Made by a program: the position numbers and the translations under genes. 39,943 bases of DNA, taken from NCBI GenBank assembly GCA_028697935.1, contig JAQVEM010000001.1, positions 2,475 to 42,417 of the forward strand. Reading direction: 5' to 3'. Below the pieces are notes generated by a model. It worked only from the letters and a program-made list of their open reading frames with translations. It was not told the origin of the DNA and did not search any database. Below, piece after piece: positions 26,129 through 34,494 of the stretch; position 1 is the first letter of the stretch; the number at the start of each line of letters is the position of its first letter. Source of the DNA: Actinomycetota bacterium. Lineage in GTDB: Bacteria; Actinomycetota; Humimicrobiia; Humimicrobiales; Humimicrobiaceae.

Positions 26129-27058
26129 TTATTTATAAAAATCAATTGTACGAGCTAGTCCTTCTTTAAAATCCACTTTCACTTCATAATCTAAGATTTC
26201 TTTGGCTTTGTCTATACTTGCCCAAGAATGTTTAACATCACCTGGTCTTTCAGGTGCAAACTGAGGTTCTATGTTCTTTCCCAGGATATCATTTATCATC
26301 TTTACTAAATCCAGAAGAGTATAGGATTCACCACAGGCAATATTTATTACTTCACCTGGAGCTTTTTCTGCGGTACAGGCTAAAATATTAGCCAGAACAT
26401 TGTTTTCAACATAGGTAAAATCACGCGATTGAGTGCCATCACCACAGATTATTGGTTCTTTATCTTCACTTATAAGTTTAATAAATTTAGGAATAACAGC
26501 ACTATATTGAGAGGTAGGATCTTGATTAGGACCAAATACATTGAAATAGCGAAGTGATGCGGTCTCCAACCCATATAAATTATAGTATATCTGACAATAT
26601 CTTTCCTGAGCATATTTGGTTAAAGCATAAGGAGACATTGGATTAACTGGCATAGTTTCTATCTTAGGAAGTGTTTCACTATTTCCATAAATAGAAGAAG
26701 AGGAAGCACAGATTACTCTTTTTACTCTAAATTCTTTTGCCGCCTCCAGGATATTAAGAGCACCCAGGATATTCACATCATTGGTTGTAATAGGGTCGTT
26801 AATAGAACGAGGCACCGAAGGAAGTGCTCCTTGATGCAGGATAAAATCAACTCCTTTAACGGCAGCTCTAACAATATGAAAACTTCTTAAATCCCCTTCT
26901 ATAACTGTTAAATGTGGATTGGTTATCAAAGGAAGAATATTATCACGTTTACCGGTGGCAAAATTATCCAACACCCGAACTTCCTGACCCTGCTTTAATA
27001 ACTCTTTCACTATATTGGAACCGATAAACCCTGCTCCACCTGTCACTAAATATTTCAT
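26129..27058 (-). CDS. NAD-dependent sugar-nucleotide 4-epimerase (extended SDR, WbpP/TviC/GalE-like)
   Basis: 309-aa ORF with VTGGAGFIGSN, VLDNFATGKRDNI, catalytic YALTK, and RYFNVFGPNQDP. Confidence 0.8.
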   Translation of the reverse strand: MKYLVTGGAGFIGSNIVKELLKQGQEVRVLDNFATGKRDNILPLITNPHLTVIEGDLRSFHIVRAAVKGVDFILHQGALPSVPRSINDPITTNDVNILGALNILEAAKEFRVKRVICASSSSIYGNSETLPKIETMPVNPMSPYALTKYAQERYCQIYYNLYGLETASLRYFNVFGPNQDPTSQYSAVIPKFIKLISEDKEPIICGDGTQSRDFTYVENNVLANILACTAEKAPGEVINIACGESYTLLDLVKMINDILGKNIEPQFAPERPGDVKHSWASIDKAKEILDYEVKVDFKEGLARTIDFYK

Positions 27059-27078
27059 TATTTATTCCTCAATTTATA

Positions 27079-27501
27079 CCTCACGCAGATTACGCTGATT
27101 ACGCAGATTTCTTTATTTATAATTTGAGTGTCAAACATAATCTAAAGTTCTGAATTTATCTATGAATATTGCCAATAATATCAATTAATAGTTGGTTTGG
27201 AGATTTCTTTAACGAATTCAAGAGAGCTAAAATTATAAAGCATTATCATTCATTTATCTGCGTTATCTGCGATATCTAAGCACAGTATATTGTCATCTCA
27301 CGCAGATTACGCTGATTTCGCAGATTAAAGAATTTATAATAAGAATTATAATCATAATCTAAAATCCCAAAGTATTTTCTTATAATTTTGTAACTATACT
27401 CAATTATATGGCCTAAAGCTTTTTAAAGATTTCACTACAGTTAGATTAAATTATTAAACATAAAAACATCCATCTGCGTTATCTGCGCTATCTGCGTGAA
27501 A
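27079..27501. repeat. Composite repeat region (R-c, M3 copy 2, F-c, R-c, diverged M4-like core, F-c)
   Basis: R-c 27079-27107, M3 27108-27255 (alignable to 9977-10118), F-c 27256-27277, R-c 27296-27325, a core 27326-27471 whose ends resemble M4, and F-c 27472-27501 (atctgcgttatctgcgctatctgcgtgaaa). Confidence 0.85.
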
Positions 27502-27511
27502 CATAACTAAT

Positions 27512-27907
27512 TTATTGAAGATCTGGATGATGAATATCATTTGCTACTCTTATTATATTGTCTTTGATTGAATCAGTATTGAAATTGATCAGAAAACCTA
27601 AAGGTTTCTTTGCTATTTTTAGATAAGTTATCAATTGCTTATAATGAACTGGTAATAATGTATCAACAGATTTCAATTCGAGGATTACTTGATCATTTAT
27701 TAAAAAATCAAGTCTGTACTGAATTCCAAGGTTAACACCTTTGTATAGAACTTCTATGGGAACCTGATTTTCTACTTTCAGACCTCTATTATTTAATTCA
27801 ATTAAAAGAGCTTGCGCATAAATATTTTCAAGCAAACCCGGACCTAATATATTGTAAACCTCAAAAACTGAACCTCTGATTTGATAACTTATATCATTCA
27901 AATTCAT
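27512..27907 (-). CDS. GxxExxY protein (PD-(D/E)XK nuclease-fold), copy 2
   Basis: 131-aa ORF with the motif GPGLLENIYAQ and a downstream LDFLINDQVILELKS (D...ELK). Confidence 0.85.
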   Translation of the reverse strand: MNLNDISYQIRGSVFEVYNILGPGLLENIYAQALLIELNNRGLKVENQVPIEVLYKGVNLGIQYRLDFLINDQVILELKSVDTLLPVHYKQLITYLKIAKKPLGFLINFNTDSIKDNIIRVANDIHHPDLQ

Positions 27908-27915
27908 TGTATTTT

Positions 27916-28225
27916 TCTCACGCTGATTACGATAATTCTATTTTTCATTTTATTTCACGCAGATTACGCTGATTTCGCTGATTTTTTTACTTATAATAAG
28001 AATATTCAAAATAATCTAAATTTGTTATATTTTACCTACCCTAAAATTAATAGATTAATTAAAAAGGTAAGAGGAGCTAATTTATAGTAAAGTACTTTAA
28101 ACTCTTTTTATTACAAAACATTAATCTGTGATATCTGTGCAATCTGTGAGAGGTGAAAAAAATCTGTGTTATCTGTGCAATCTGTGAGAGACCTTATCTG
28201 CGTTATCTGCGAAATCTGCGTGAGA
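27916..28225. repeat. Composite repeat region (degenerate R, R-c, inverted M1, two F-t units, F-c)
   Basis: Degenerate tctcacgctgattacgat 27916-27933, R-c 27953-27982 (tttcacgcagattacgctgatttcgctgat), inverted M1 27991-28103, F-t 28122-28153, F-t 28162-28193, F-c 28194-28225. The tracked plus-strand ORF 27881..28087 simply reads through these repeats. Confidence 0.9.
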
Positions 28226-28230
28226 TATCA

Positions 28231-28677
28231 CTAAATTAGGGCAGAAAGTTTTCGCCAATCACGAACCTTTTCTAGATATCCTGCTTGTATTGCTGATGCT
28301 ATAGAACGACAGGGTAGATTTTGTTCAACTATATCTTCTTTGCTTAAGGTTTTCAAATCCAGATCAGGATAATCTTTCAAGGTAGCTCGCATAATCTTCA
28401 AAAATACATTGGGCCAGGTGCTCATTGGTTTCCCTTGAGAATGATATTCACGATTATATCTCTGTATATATATTCTACAATCTTCTTTGTATTCTTCACT
28501 TATAATAATTCTTTTGGCAAAATCAAATATTTTTTTCATAATTGCATTAGAGACACTTGGTTTAGGAATCACTGTTCTTCTTGAAATATACTTATCTAAA
28601 TGAGAATTATAATATGTAACATACTTTTCTTCATTCCCATCAAGTCTTGGAATATTCATTTTTACTTTTGGCTTCAT
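28231..28677 (-). CDS. Hypothetical protein (no family recognised)
   Basis: 148-aa ORF with a good GAGGAG Shine-Dalgarno 6-7 nt upstream of the ATG. It is basic and hydrophilic, and I see no recognisable motifs. Confidence 0.5.
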   Translation of the reverse strand: MKPKVKMNIPRLDGNEEKYVTYYNSHLDKYISRRTVIPKPSVSNAIMKKIFDFAKRIIISEEYKEDCRIYIQRYNREYHSQGKPMSTWPNVFLKIMRATLKDYPDLDLKTLSKEDIVEQNLPCRSIASAIQAGYLEKVRDWRKLSALI

Positions 28678-28717
28678 CTAATGCTCCTCATAATTTAAAG
28701 AATTAAAGGTCATAATA

Positions 28718-29518
28718 TCAAGTTATTGTTAAATAACTATTATTTATAACTGATTTATTTGTTTGTTTAACAATTATTTTCTTTATCTGATTTTTAACAT
28801 TCTGGGCTAATAATTCTCTTGTCCAGTAAAATATATTATCATTCCAGCGTTGTGGATGAGTATTAATCATAATCTGTTCGGGTAATTTATTCTCCTGGAT
28901 TAAATTGATTAGTTGATTAGTATTTTTTATTTGAAAATTATGGGCTGAATGCACTTTATCTCGTATACTAACATCTTCACTATTCCATCTTCTACCGGTA
29001 TCGGTTAAATATAGCACTTTATTAAAATCTATATCAAGATAAGGTTCACATATTATATCTTCGTCTCTGTAATCATATTTTCCCCATAACTTTCTATTAT
29101 CAAATCTTGATAAGGGGCTACCATGCATACAGATTGTTTTTACTGGAGCTATTTTTCTCAATTTCCCAAGGTTTACCTTAAAAGAAAGATATGCTTTATC
29201 AATATCCCCCTTACACAAATCAACATCCTCATAATGATAACCTATATTATGACCCAATGCTGAGATTTCTCTGATTATAGATTGGATAAAAGAGTCTGTA
29301 ACTATTCTAAAATAATAAGTGGCATAAATATCTTTACTCTTTTCTAGTTTAACGAATTTTAAAGCATTAAGGGGCATTTTATCTATATCGTGCCTCATAA
29401 TTATTACCTTAGATAAGGGTGAGCCTATAAAATCTTCTACAGTTTGAAAATTATAGCCAGCTTTTTTAAAAGCATCCAACAATTCATTATACTTTTTTAA
29501 TGTAAAATCCCTATTCAA
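28718..29518 (-). CDS. Polysaccharide-deacetylase-like protein (CE4-superfamily-like, O-antigen-cluster type)
   Basis: 266-aa ORF. The N-terminal pattern YNELLDAFKKAGYNFQTVEDF....IIMRHDIDKMPLNALKFVKLEKSKDIYATYYF resembles a family of deacetylase-like proteins that I recall from O-antigen loci. Recognised by pattern only. Confidence 0.45.
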   Translation of the reverse strand: MNRDFTLKKYNELLDAFKKAGYNFQTVEDFIGSPLSKVIIMRHDIDKMPLNALKFVKLEKSKDIYATYYFRIVTDSFIQSIIREISALGHNIGYHYEDVDLCKGDIDKAYLSFKVNLGKLRKIAPVKTICMHGSPLSRFDNRKLWGKYDYRDEDIICEPYLDIDFNKVLYLTDTGRRWNSEDVSIRDKVHSAHNFQIKNTNQLINLIQENKLPEQIMINTHPQRWNDNIFYWTRELLAQNVKNQIKKIIVKQTNKSVINNSYLTIT

Positions 29519-29548
29519 AAAAAGCCACCTAAATTCCCGAAAAATAGT

Positions 29549-29917
29549 TTAATGGGCAATTCTCTGGAATTCTAATTTTGCCACATTGCCAAAGTTTAAG
29601 ATATATCCTACTTTGAGCCCTGTTGCACTTAGATAATTTATTATTTGTGCGCAATGCATTGAATGAATTATATTACAAGCTTTGAGCTCCAGTATAATTT
29701 TACCTTCTACAATAATATCAGCAATATAATCTCCAACAATTTGATCTCTATAAAAAACTGGTATAGGAACCTGATAAACATAACTAATACCTTGATATTT
29801 AAATTCTACACATAAAGCTCGTTCATATACTTTTCCCAAATATCCGGCACCCAGCTCTTTGTGAACAGCAATTGCACAACCAATAATTCTATCACTCAGC
29901 TCCTTCTCATATATCAT
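29549..29917 (-). CDS. GxxExxY-family protein (PD-(D/E)XK fold), copy 3, with the signature Glu replaced by Gly
   Basis: 122-aa ORF that aligns with copies 1 and 2. Its motif reads GAGYLGKVYE (G-x-x-G-x-x-Y), while the D...ELK block (ADIIVEGKIILELKA) is retained. Confidence 0.8.
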   Translation of the reverse strand: MIYEKELSDRIIGCAIAVHKELGAGYLGKVYERALCVEFKYQGISYVYQVPIPVFYRDQIVGDYIADIIVEGKIILELKACNIIHSMHCAQIINYLSATGLKVGYILNFGNVAKLEFQRIAH

Positions 29918-29950
29918 AAATTTTGGGCTTTCCCTTTCTTATTTTAAAAA

Positions 29951-30424
29951 TTATATAACCTTTTCGGTGTCTTCGGTGCTATCGGTGGCTAATATTTTTG
30001 TATTGTAAATTACCTTTCGGTGCTCTAGGTGTTTTCGGTGGCTAATAAAAATAAACAGCAGAGTCAATATTGCTCCAAAGAGATTCGCTATCATATCCAT
30101 AGGATTAAAGGTTCTATAAGGCAAGAGATATTGTAAACATTCACTGATTATAGCAGAACCGCCTACAATTAGTATATATTTCAAAACAGATTTATGATTA
30201 AAAATTGGATTGCCTTGCCTTTCCGCTATCAAATATAAAGGGATAAAGACAAGAAAAGATACAAAATGAATAAGATAATCCAATCTAAATTCAAATATAG
30301 ATTTGTGAATGATACGATTTAAATCATCTCCCAAGGGAATAACATTCATTGCTAAAACTATAATCAGCCATCCCCAAAATAACCATCTTGCCCCATTTGC
30401 CATCCTTTTATCTTGTATCATCAT
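29951..30424 (-). CDS. VanZ-like family membrane protein
   Basis: 157-aa ORF with 4 TM-like segments. It has DYLIHFVSFLVF and SECLQYLLPYRTFNPMDMIANLFGAI, resembling VanZ-family blocks. The last ~30 codons are encoded by the TTCGGTG arrays. Confidence 0.6.
   Translation of the reverse strand: MMIQDKRMANGARWLFWGWLIIVLAMNVIPLGDDLNRIIHKSIFEFRLDYLIHFVSFLVFIPLYLIAERQGNPIFNHKSVLKYILIVGGSAIISECLQYLLPYRTFNPMDMIANLFGAILTLLFIFISHRKHLEHRKVIYNTKILATDSTEDTEKVI
29961..30043 (+). repeat. Two phased triplet arrays, TTCGGTG dialect, separated by a 22-bp spacer
   Basis: 7-mers ttcggtg / ttcggtg / atcggtg start at 29963, 29972 and 29981. 7-mers ttcggtg / ctaggtg / ttcggtg start at 30016, 30025 and 30034. The period is exactly 9, and each triplet ends in GGCTAAT. 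Confidence 0.9.
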
Positions 30425-30434
30425 TATATTTTTT

Positions 30435-30542
30435 TCTCTGTGCTCTCAGTGGTTAAATTTTTGTCGGTGTATTCGGTGTTCTCGGTGGCTAATATTTTTG
30501 TATTGTAAATTACTTTTCGGTGCTCTTGGTGTCTTCGGTGGC
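30435..30542 (+). repeat. Second copy of the TTCGGTG double-array module plus a ctctgtg/ctcagtg pair
   Basis: 7-mers start at 30435 and 30444, at 30462, 30471 and 30480, and at 30515, 30524 and 30533 (period 9). The internal spacer gctaatatttttgtattgtaaattac is the same as at 29988-30013. Confidence 0.9.
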
Positions 30543-31658
30543 TTCTTCTTTTTTCTCAAACCATTCATCAAGTACTTTTACAATTCTGCTGGCTGTCTTT
30601 CCATCCCAATATTTAGGTATTTTCCCCTGTTTTACATTCCCTTCAATAATTTCCCTGGCACTATTAACGATACTTTCCACATTCAAGTCAACAAGATGAT
30701 TGGTACCTTCTGTAACGGTTATCGGTCTTTCCGTATTTTCTCGTAAGGTTAAACAAGGAACACCAAAATAGGTTGATTCCTCTTGAATACCTCCCGAATC
30801 TGTTAGGATAAATTTTGCATTCATCTCTAACTTGAGAAAATCTAAATATCCTAATGGCTCAGTAATAATAAGATTTGAACTAGTATTTAAAATAGATGAT
30901 AAACCAAGTTCATAAATATTTTTCCTCGTTCGGGGATGCATAGGAAAGATAATCTTTATTTTTCTCCCTATGATTTCCAAAGAGGTTAGCAACATTTTTA
31001 AACCTTCATACTCATCAACATTAGATGGTCTATGTAATGTTACTAAGGCATATTTTTCATTAGGTACCATATTTAATTGGTGAAAAATATTAGAATTTTC
31101 AGCTTTATCTTTATGTGCGACCAGAGAATCAATCATAATATTTCCCACAAAATAAATTTTACCTGGCTCTATACCCTCTTTTTCCAAATTTTTATTTGCA
31201 TCCAGCGAAGGTGTTAATAAAATATCGGATATTCTATCTGTTAGAACTCTATTTATCTCTTCAGGCATTCTATCATCATAACTTCTTAGACCCGATTCAA
31301 GATGAGCTACAGGAATATATAATTTCTTAGCCACTAAAGCACAAGCAATTGTAGAATTAACATCACCTGCAACAATAACTAAATCAGGTTTATCCTCTGA
31401 TAGAATCAAATCTTCATATCGTTCTATTATCCTGGCTGTCTGTTTCCCCTGTGTGCCTGAACCTACATTTAAATAGGCAGATGGCTCAGGCATAGCCAAA
31501 TCATTAAAAAAGAGTTTGGACATTTGTTCATCATAGTGCTGTCCTGTATGTATTATCTGGGGTTCATATCTATTACTATACAACGATAATTTTCTATAAA
31601 GAGGTGCCATTTTCATAAAATTAGGTCTTGCACCCACTATCAAATGAATTAATCTCAT
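30510..31658 (-). CDS. wecB: UDP-N-acetylglucosamine 2-epimerase (non-hydrolysing, WecB family)
   Basis: 382-aa ORF with VGARPNFMKMAPL, HTGQHYDEQMS, GDVNSTIA and HLESGLRSYDDRMPEEINR. The last ~11 codons (EEATEDTKSTEK) are encoded by the repeat array. Confidence 0.85.
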   Translation of the reverse strand: MRLIHLIVGARPNFMKMAPLYRKLSLYSNRYEPQIIHTGQHYDEQMSKLFFNDLAMPEPSAYLNVGSGTQGKQTARIIERYEDLILSEDKPDLVIVAGDVNSTIACALVAKKLYIPVAHLESGLRSYDDRMPEEINRVLTDRISDILLTPSLDANKNLEKEGIEPGKIYFVGNIMIDSLVAHKDKAENSNIFHQLNMVPNEKYALVTLHRPSNVDEYEGLKMLLTSLEIIGRKIKIIFPMHPRTRKNIYELGLSSILNTSSNLIITEPLGYLDFLKLEMNAKFILTDSGGIQEESTYFGVPCLTLRENTERPITVTEGTNHLVDLNVESIVNSAREIIEGNVKQGKIPKYWDGKTASRIVKVLDEWFEKKEEATEDTKSTEK

Positions 31659-31732
31659 AACGCTTTGTCAAATTCCTTAACTCTTATTTTCATATTCATT
31701 CTAATTTTATACCTTTTTCTCTTTATATTTCT

Positions 31733-31766
31733 TCGTTTGTCTCGTTTGTCTCGGTGGCTTCGGTGG
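31733..31766 (+). repeat. Phased array, TCGTTTG/TCGGTGG dialect (4 units, period 9)
   Basis: Units tcgtttg, tcgtttg, tcggtgg and tcggtgg start at 31733, 31742, 31751 and 31760. The array lies between the DUF354-like stop and the wecB start. Confidence 0.85.
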
Positions 31767-31768
31767 CT

Positions 31769-32851
31769 TCATTTAAATATACCAAAATCAAAATCCTTTG
31801 CCTTAACCTCTTTTACCGATTCAGGATAATTTTCTATAAACCAAACCCAGAATGCTGTTACATCAATTTTATCTTGAAGAAGTTTCTCTCTCTTTTTTTG
31901 CCATTCTTCTTTTAAATTAGGAAGTTCCAGAAATTCTTTTATTCTATAAAGCATCCAATCAAATTGAGAAGGATGATAACCAATGGTTAAACCGTATTTC
32001 AATTCTAATTCCTCCAAAACTGCCAATCTATTAGCAAAAGTATTACAACGAAATGAAGGGACTCCTAATACAGCTGCTTCTATAGTCATAGTTTGCGAAT
32101 CAGATATTAGCATTTGAGCATAATATAAAAAAGTATGTATTTCATCAGCTGCTATTGGCATTCTGAATTCAGCAAATTCTGGCTCTAATTCTGTTTCCGT
32201 CGTTATAAATACTTTCCCATATTTAGAAAGAGTATCTATCAAAATATGTTTTTGTTCTTTATTTAAGCCATATTCGTGAATATCATGATGAGCTTTAAAA
32301 GCATTAAACCTTAATATAAAATATTTATTCTCTTCATTTAATCCATATTTTGTCAGGATACTGGGATCAGGTGTAAAATTATTAGGATGTAAATAAGCAA
32401 GTTCATGATAACCAGGATAATATATAGCATTTTTGAGATTTTCATAACTTAGAACATCTGGTGATAGAATATGATCTACATAAGGAGAAACAAACTTTGC
32501 TGTAAATGGTTGAACTGCCTGGTCATCTTCATCCAATAATATTGATTTAGCCTTAGTTACCTTTGAGGCAAAAACTAATAATGAAGCGCCAATTACTATA
32601 TCTATTTCTTTCTCTTTTATAATATTCTTTACCTTACGATTAAAACTAAATTGTTTAATAATTTTCTCTCTAATATTTTTGCCCTTCTCGCCAATTTCAA
32701 TATAGGGTATCTGATAGGTATTTAATAGATTTCTTACTATTGGAATAGATTGACAAACTACGGTTAAATTATGATTATCCTTTAATCTATAATACAAATT
32801 TTTAATGTTATGAAAATGGGCAGGATGAGCTATACCAATTAATATGTTCAT
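31769..32851 (-). CDS. DUF354-family protein (predicted glycosyltransferase-like)
   Basis: MNILIGIAHPAHFHNIKNLYYRL matches the DUF354 N-terminal block (I-x-I-x-HPAH-x-H-x-F-K). I start at the ATG at 32851. The tracked 15-codon extension uses TTG and overlaps the preceding pseudogene tail. Confidence 0.6.
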   Translation of the reverse strand: MNILIGIAHPAHFHNIKNLYYRLKDNHNLTVVCQSIPIVRNLLNTYQIPYIEIGEKGKNIREKIIKQFSFNRKVKNIIKEKEIDIVIGASLLVFASKVTKAKSILLDEDDQAVQPFTAKFVSPYVDHILSPDVLSYENLKNAIYYPGYHELAYLHPNNFTPDPSILTKYGLNEENKYFILRFNAFKAHHDIHEYGLNKEQKHILIDTLSKYGKVFITTETELEPEFAEFRMPIAADEIHTFLYYAQMLISDSQTMTIEAAVLGVPSFRCNTFANRLAVLEELELKYGLTIGYHPSQFDWMLYRIKEFLELPNLKEEWQKKREKLLQDKIDVTAFWVWFIENYPESVKEVKAKDFDFGIFK

Positions 32852-32930
32852 AATTACTTCCCTATCTGGTATTTTTTTGAAACCTGTTACAGCCAATTTC
32901 TTTTTAAAGGATTGTGAACCATTGTGTACT

Positions 32931-33861
32931 TACCATAAGTTGACTAATTTTTCACCAAATTTCTTATTATAATCCCTAATACTATAAGGGATAATAGGTT
33001 TTCCAGCGCTACCGAAATCAAATATAGTTTTCCCTTCCTTTTTACAAAATTTAAATGCTTCCTAAGGTAAGATATCATTTGGGTGATTATCACAATATTC
33101 GGATATATTACCTGAAAACAAAGAAAAAACAGTATCCTTGTATTGAAGAGTAAACATTATACCTATAAGCTTATCATTTAAAAAAAGCACCATATATAAA
33201 CATTCCTAATATTTACAGTACTTTTTTGTAATGCATTTTCAAAGAATAAGATTGAGGGTAAAGATAATTTAGCTCTATTATATACTTCCTTAATAATAGA
33301 ATAACTCTCCATCAAATATTCATTAGTTAATTGACTTACAAATACACCCTCTTAATTGCTTTTTTTTATTTCATTTTTTCTTTTAGAATGTATTTGTTCC
33401 TATAAAATATTCTCGCTTTGAGATAAATCAACAATAATATTTAAATGATCTTCATAATTAAAACCTAATTCTTCATAAATATGTCTCTGGCTTGAATTAT
33501 CGTAATTATTTCTTATTTCGGTATACACAGCCTTTATTTTCATAAAATTTATATAATGTTTTAATAAGGTAGAGAGAGCTTCATCATCAAGAGCAACAGG
33601 AGCTTGCATTAATACTGCCCGGGTAGATATTTTACTGAGAATACCAGGTGAAACTGTTTCTAAGCAGCCGGATAATATGCCCTTGATTTCCTCATTTCTG
33701 TCAATAGCAAAGAAGGCAAAAGAACTGTAGCCTGGCGTTGCATTCCAGACATCATACATATAGGGAGTTGAGAAAATATTACAATTTTCATTATTATCCG
33801 TAAAATCCTGCCATTTTTCTCTGGATATTTGAGAAGCATCAATAACTTTGTATTCACTCAT
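32931..33861 (-). pseudogene. FemAB / BioF2-like GNAT acyltransferase, disrupted
   Basis: The N-terminal 153 aa are intact (33400..33861). The frame continues as ENIL(TAG)EQIHSKRKNEIKKSN(TAA)EGVFV..., then has a frameshift near 33190-33200, then ...NHPNDILP(TAG)EAFKFCKKEGKTIFDFGSAGKPIIPYSIRDYNKKFGEKLVNLW(stop). These are typical family blocks (RxxIrKa, FDFGG, FKxxFG). Confidence 0.75.
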
Positions 33862-34328
33862 CTATTTTGATAAAATCTCTTGATAAAGCTGAATAAGTTT
33901 ATCTGCAATAGATTCCGAATTTAATTTTAAATCAATGATTCTCTGACGACCTTCAGGTTTGAGTTTAATACCTAAGATATAATTGATTTTCTCCGCTAAT
34001 CTATCCGGGAGAGGATTTGTATAATAATATCCTTCAGAATCACCGAAAAGATACTCAATATCACCTACTTTAGTTGCAACAACCGGAATATTACAAGCCA
34101 TAGCTTCTTTTACTATATTAAGAGAACCTTCCTATTTAGATGTTAATAAAAAAACATCTGGGGCATTTAAATAAATGGGCATTAATTTATGATCTACATC
34201 ATATACGATTTTTGATTCTATCTTTTCATTATTTAAATTCTTAACGGTCTGTTTTGCTAAAGCAAAGTTTTTTTAGGACGAGCCGGATTATAAGCAAATA
34301 ATATATATTTTTTTGTCCAATTCCCCAT
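33862..34328 (-). pseudogene. Glycosyltransferase (GT4-like) C-terminal half, disrupted
   Basis: The 79-aa ORF starts inside the EX7E block (MACNIPVVATKVGDIE). Upstream in frame is ...PIYLNAPDVFLLTSK(TAG)EGSLNIVKEA, with a further frameshift after MGNWTKKYILFAYNPARPKK. No N-terminal GT domain is present. Confidence 0.75.
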
Positions 34329-34494
34329 TCTAATTTATTCCTACACTCTTTTTTTATTTAAAGGTCGAAATAGATTTAAGTCAACTCCATTAGGTAGAAT
34401 TATTGCATTATTAAGACCTAATCTTATTTTTATATTTACAAATAAAATTTATTCTCTTTAACTATCAGCATTAAAAAAACCATTATCCTTCTTC

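Noticed and set aside
27881-28087. Plus-strand 68-aa ORF (..FHADYADFADFF..), and the idea that the arrays encode repetitive peptides (for example ICDICAICE).
   Set aside because: The ORF is simply a read-through of repeat arrays and an inverted M1 module. It has no RBS, arrays occur in both orientations and in all frames relative to stops, and the period-10 dialect would not keep a reading frame.
32931-34328. Stop-codon reassignment or programmed recoding as an explanation for the in-frame TAG and TAA codons.
   Set aside because: TAA and TAG terminate the many intact genes in the window at sensible positions. The same regions also contain frameshifts and missing domains, so pseudogenisation is the simpler explanation.
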